From Nitrospirota bacterium (GTDB lineage Bacteria; Nitrospirota; UBA9217), in NCBI GenBank assembly GCA_963840455.1, contig CAWIYV010000009.1:64001-128000 (forward strand): a stretch of 64,000 bases of DNA. Direction: 5' to 3'. The notes under the pieces were generated by a model. It did no database searches, was not told where the DNA came from, and saw only the letters and a list, made by a program, of their open reading frames with translations. Below, piece by piece: positions 60,612 through 64,000 of this stretch (position 1 is its first letter; every line of letters begins with the position of its first letter). The translations under genes and the position numbers were made by a program.

Positions 60612-62075
60612 ATGTCTTTTGATTCATTGAACCTCGCATCACCGATCATCAAAGCGATCAGCCTGTGCGGCTATGCCGCGCCCACGCCGATCCAGGAGCA
60701 GGCGATCCCCCCGGCCATGGCCGGGAAGGACCTCATCGCTTCGGCCCAGACGGGCACGGGCAAGACCGCGGCCTTCGTCATCCCGGCGCTCGAGCGCCTG
60801 CAGAATCCTTCCGCGGCCCGGGGGAAGGGGCCTCGCGTCCTGATCCTCACTCCGACCCGGGAACTGGCCAATCAGGTTACCGAGGCGGTCCGCACGTACG
60901 GTAAGTTCATGCGCCTGCGCCACGGTGCCATCGTGGGTGGCATGCCCTACTTTGAGCAGCAGCGGCTTCTGTCGCAGCCCGTGGACATCATTATCGCTAC
61001 GCCGGGGCGGCTCATCGACCACCTCGAGAGCGGGCGTATCGATTTCTCGCGCGTCGAGCTCCTGGTTCTCGATGAGGCCGACCGCATGCTCGACATGGGC
61101 TTCAGCGAGGCAGTTGAGACCATCACCAAGGCGACGCCCGAAGGCCGCCAGACGCTGCTCTTCACCGCGACATGGGACAACACCATGGCGCGGCTGGCCC
61201 AGCGCCTCATGAAGGACCCTGTCCGCATCGCCGTTGTCGGCAAGAAAGCTACGCTCGAAGCGATCGAGCAGCGCCTCCACGCGGCAGATGATATGCAGCA
61301 CAAGACCCGGATGCTGAACCACCTCATCGCCGACAGCGGGATGACGCGGGCCATCATCTTCTCGTCCACCAAGCGGAACGCCGACCAGCTGGCCCGGGAG
61401 CTCCATGCCCAGGGCCACGCGGCCGAGGCCCTGCACGGCGACATGACCCAGGGCGCGCGCAACCGCACCATCACGAACATGCGCCGCGGAAAGGTCCGCC
61501 TGCTCGTAGCCACGGACGTGGCCGCGCGGGGGCTCGACGTGCCGGGCATCACCCATGTGATCAACTACGACCTTCCGAAGAACGCCGAGGACTATGTCCA
61601 TCGCATCGGCCGCACGGGCCGCGCAGGCGCAACAGGCATCGCCATCTCCTTCGTTTCCTTCCGGGAGCTGGACCAGCTGACCCGGATCGAACGGTACATC
61701 GGCCAGTCACTTCCCCAGCAGGTGATCGCTGGGTTGGAGCCGGCCAGGCCGCTTCGTGCCGCAGGCGGCCGTTCGGATCGTCCTTCTTCCTCGGGATACC
61801 GGGGGAGGACGTCCGCGCCGGGAGCCAGCCGTTACGGACAACGTTCGTCGACGTCGCGCGATGGATACGGCGCTTCGACGGGCAGAAAGCCTCATTCAGC
61901 CGGAGCGTATGCAGGCGACCGTACCCGCGACGCCTACGGAACGTCCACAGGCAGGAAGCCCTATTCGTCGGGGAACGCCTTTGTGGGTGACCGGAAGCGC
62001 GATGCCAAGTCGCAGGGCGGCTGGGCTGGAGACTACCGCAAGCCCCAGGGCGACCGCAAATCCCGCTGGGCATAG
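60612..62075 (+). CDS. DEAD-box RNA helicase (RhlE-like)
   Basis: Q motif, AQTGTGKT, PTRELA, TPGRL, DEAD, TAT, ARGLD, HRIGRTGR; Arg/Gly-rich tail. Confidence 0.93.
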   Translation: MSFDSLNLASPIIKAISLCGYAAPTPIQEQAIPPAMAGKDLIASAQTGTGKTAAFVIPALERLQNPSAARGKGPRVLILTPTRELANQVTEAVRTYGKFMRLRHGAIVGGMPYFEQQRLLSQPVDIIIATPGRLIDHLESGRIDFSRVELLVLDEADRMLDMGFSEAVETITKATPEGRQTLLFTATWDNTMARLAQRLMKDPVRIAVVGKKATLEAIEQRLHAADDMQHKTRMLNHLIADSGMTRAIIFSSTKRNADQLARELHAQGHAAEALHGDMTQGARNRTITNMRRGKVRLLVATDVAARGLDVPGITHVINYDLPKNAEDYVHRIGRTGRAGATGIAISFVSFRELDQLTRIERYIGQSLPQQVIAGLEPARPLRAAGGRSDRPSSSGYRGRTSAPGASRYGQRSSTSRDGYGASTGRKPHSAGAYAGDRTRDAYGTSTGRKPYSSGNAFVGDRKRDAKSQGGWAGDYRKPQGDRKSRWA

Positions 62076-62111
62076 ACCCTATCGGGACAATGCTCCCATT
62101 ATAGTAACGAC

Positions 62112-62146
62112 AAAAAGCGCCTCTTACAGAAGAGGCGCTTTTTTTG
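62112..62146 (+). terminator. Rho-independent terminator (possibly bidirectional)
   Basis: AAAAAGCGCCTCTT-ACAG-AAGAGGCGCTTTTTTT between convergent genes. Confidence 0.85.
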
Positions 62147-62182
62147 TTCCGAGCTCAATGTTCGATCCTGACCGTGGCCGGG

Positions 62183-62629
62183 CTATGACATCGATGCCTG
62201 GACCCACTGGGCCAGTTCGGACCCTTCCCGGGGCGCGCCGTCCAAGCGGCCGAGCTGCTTGCTGTCCCGGAAGGTGAGGAACGTGGGGGCAGACTGTATG
62301 GAGTAGAGCAGGCTGAGGCCAGGTTCAGCATCGGTATCCACCTTGATCACTTTCAGCCTGCCTGCCTGGGCGAAGGCGATGTCGGCCACGGCAGGCTCGA
62401 TCTTCTTCCAGAGGTCGTTCCCCTTCGCCCAGAACACCACGAGCACGGTTTCGAGCCACGAGGAGAGTTCCTGGTCGAAGGACGCGGCCGTTGCAGTCAC
62501 CGCTTGGAAGGGGAAGTCGAGCAAAGCCTTGCATTTCCCGCAGAGCGGGTTCTGGGTGAGCTTCTTGACGGGAACCCGGTTAAGGGCTTTGCAGGACCTG
62601 CAGCGGAGCAGTGCGGTGTCGTTCGCCAT
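62183..62629 (-). CDS. TrxC-like zinc-finger thioredoxin lacking the active-site CxxC
   Basis: CRSC..LNRVP...P.CGKC zinc finger; FWAKGNDLW in place of WxxWCxxC. Confidence 0.8.
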   Translation of the reverse strand: MANDTALLRCRSCKALNRVPVKKLTQNPLCGKCKALLDFPFQAVTATAASFDQELSSWLETVLVVFWAKGNDLWKKIEPAVADIAFAQAGRLKVIKVDTDAEPGLSLLYSIQSAPTFLTFRDSKQLGRLDGAPREGSELAQWVQASMS

Positions 62630-62672
62630 GGTGGTTGAAGGGGACCTCGAGGACCGGAGCTGCCGAGGCGTC

Positions 62673-63140
62673 TCAATAGCTCGTATATTTCAAAAGATTA
62701 TCAATCCAGGTCACGAACTCGCCTTTTTCCTTGGGTGCACCGTCCATACGGACAGCGAATACGCCGTTCTTGTAGACCAGGAACGTCGGCGTCTTGGTGA
62801 CCTGCAGGCGCTGCGCCAGGTAGGCCTCCGACTCGATGTCCACCTTCAGGACCTTGAGTTGGCCGGCCTTTTCTCTCGCGAGCTCGGCGACATAAGGGTC
62901 GTATACCTTGCAGTACAGGCACCAGGGGGACCAGAACATGACGAGCAGGGTCTCGGGCCAGTATGACACGTCGCGGTCAAAGCTGGCTGCCTTTCCCTGG
63001 ACCGGCTGGCGCGGCACCTCAATGACGTTCTTGCAGCTGCCGCAGCGCGGACCGCTCCCGATCCTGTCCTGCGGCACCCGGTTCAGGGTCAGGCAATTAC
63101 CACACCGTATGGTTATTTTTACAGGGAGTGTTTCAGTCAT
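62673..63140 (-). CDS. TrxC-like zinc-finger thioredoxin
   Basis: CGNC..LNRVP...PRCGSC; FWSPWCLYC active site. Confidence 0.85.
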   Translation of the reverse strand: MTETLPVKITIRCGNCLTLNRVPQDRIGSGPRCGSCKNVIEVPRQPVQGKAASFDRDVSYWPETLLVMFWSPWCLYCKVYDPYVAELAREKAGQLKVLKVDIESEAYLAQRLQVTKTPTFLVYKNGVFAVRMDGAPKEKGEFVTWIDNLLKYTSY

Positions 63141-63146
63141 CGTTCG

Positions 63147-63452
63147 TTAACGCAGGTTCTTTTGTAATCGGTCCTTCAGGGACGCAACCGATGGTACGTT
63201 CATGAGCCGCCCGGACTCGTCGGGGTAGGCCCTTCAGGTGATGCCCGGTGAACCCCCTCCTTCGAACAGGTCCATCCCGTCCAGTCGGATGGTAGGGGAG
63301 CCGGAGATCCCGAGGCTTACCGCCTCGTCATAGGAGACCGTGTGAAAGGCCACCTCGGTGTCAAGCCCCAGCTCTCGAAGGGCGTGGCCGATGTTCTCCC
63401 GGAGCTGGTAGTATGAGCCGCAGTGCTCGGACAGGTAGCAGTCTATCTTCAT
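63147..63452 (-). CDS. Thioredoxin-fold probable selenoprotein (in-frame UGA at 63234-63236)
   Basis: MKIDCYLSEHCGS...GSPTIRLDG.DLF...GIT-UGA-RAYPDESGRLMNVPSVASLKDRLQKNLR; UGA sits at the Cys of a C-R-x-Y motif; hairpin follows; the read-through stop lies 6 nt before the next start. Confidence 0.75.
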
Positions 63453-63517
63453 GGCAACGGTGAGCAAAGTACCCGAAACGGCCGCAGAATGCAATACCCG
63501 AAAAATATCCGACCGGC

Positions 63518-63841
63518 CTATTTCCGGGTCTGCCGGGCGATCACATCATCGACCCAGGACAGCGCTGCCGAGACCGTGGGGAAGCCGATAGTGCTGGTGA
63601 GCACGATGATCGCATGCTGTACCTCTGCCGGCTTGGCTCCCGCTTCGAGCGCCCTGCGCGCGTGGGAATGCACAGACCCTTCGGCGCGGATCGCGGCGGC
63701 CGCGGCCAGCTGGACCAGCTCCGAGGTCTTCTTGTTCAGCGGCCCCGCCGACTTGGTGGCCTTTCCGAGCTTTTCGAGCGCTGTCATGACCCCTTCGTAC
63801 CGCTTCATGATGCTGGTGTATTGTCCCGGATATTTCGGCAT
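63518..63841 (-). CDS. Carboxymuconolactone decarboxylase (CMD/AhpD-like) family protein
   Basis: GPL..KT.ELV.LA.AA....EG.VHSH.RRALEAGA...E..H; RBS GAGGAGG. Confidence 0.88.
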   Translation of the reverse strand: MPKYPGQYTSIMKRYEGVMTALEKLGKATKSAGPLNKKTSELVQLAAAAAIRAEGSVHSHARRALEAGAKPAEVQHAIIVLTSTIGFPTVSAALSWVDDVIARQTRK

Positions 63842-64000
63842 GTATACCTCCTCAATGAGAAGTCTCTGCTTCCATGGAACACCATCATACGATAAGTCGA
63901 GGAAAAAGTATAGCGCTAGTCAAGGCTCCTCTGAGCCGGAGAGAGCGGGGTACTGCGCAAAGATGTGAAAATTTCCTTGACAAGAACAATTCTAAAGTGA

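Overview
Bacterial window of mixed GC content. Gene content suggests an anaerobic Nitrospirota or Desulfobacterota-like genome (inference only). Positions ~0.4-45.8 kb are almost all on the + strand and form a decaying general-stress / membrane-remodelling island. It carries a PAS-sigma54 activator broken by an in-frame TGA, BON/CsbD/lmo0937/DUF3185/DUF3309/Thivi_2564 small proteins, a GGDEF-EAL protein, an RpoS-like sigma factor, OMPLA, a triple-PAS hybrid kinase, Cti, Cfa, ClsB, glycogen phosphorylase, USP, an AOX/PTOX-like di-iron protein and many gene relics. Positions ~46-64 kb are mostly on the - strand and hold redox and efflux genes. The strongest candidate for an undescribed system is missing from the ORF track: a 40-codon gene (49285-49407, -) with a strong RBS, encoding MKKTLSAKALAKEAAFWDNLKKSAKDHPGMTCHK-UGA-KG-UGA-KS. 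It is followed by a SECIS-like hairpin and lies directly upstream of a radical SAM/SPASM maturase, YceI and a flavin disulfide reductase, i.e. a putative di-selenocysteine RiPP (C-x2-U-x2-U) operon. A second probable selenoprotein (thioredoxin fold, 63147-63452) independently suggests that the host decodes UGA as Sec. All family calls come from motif recognition; no database searches were run.
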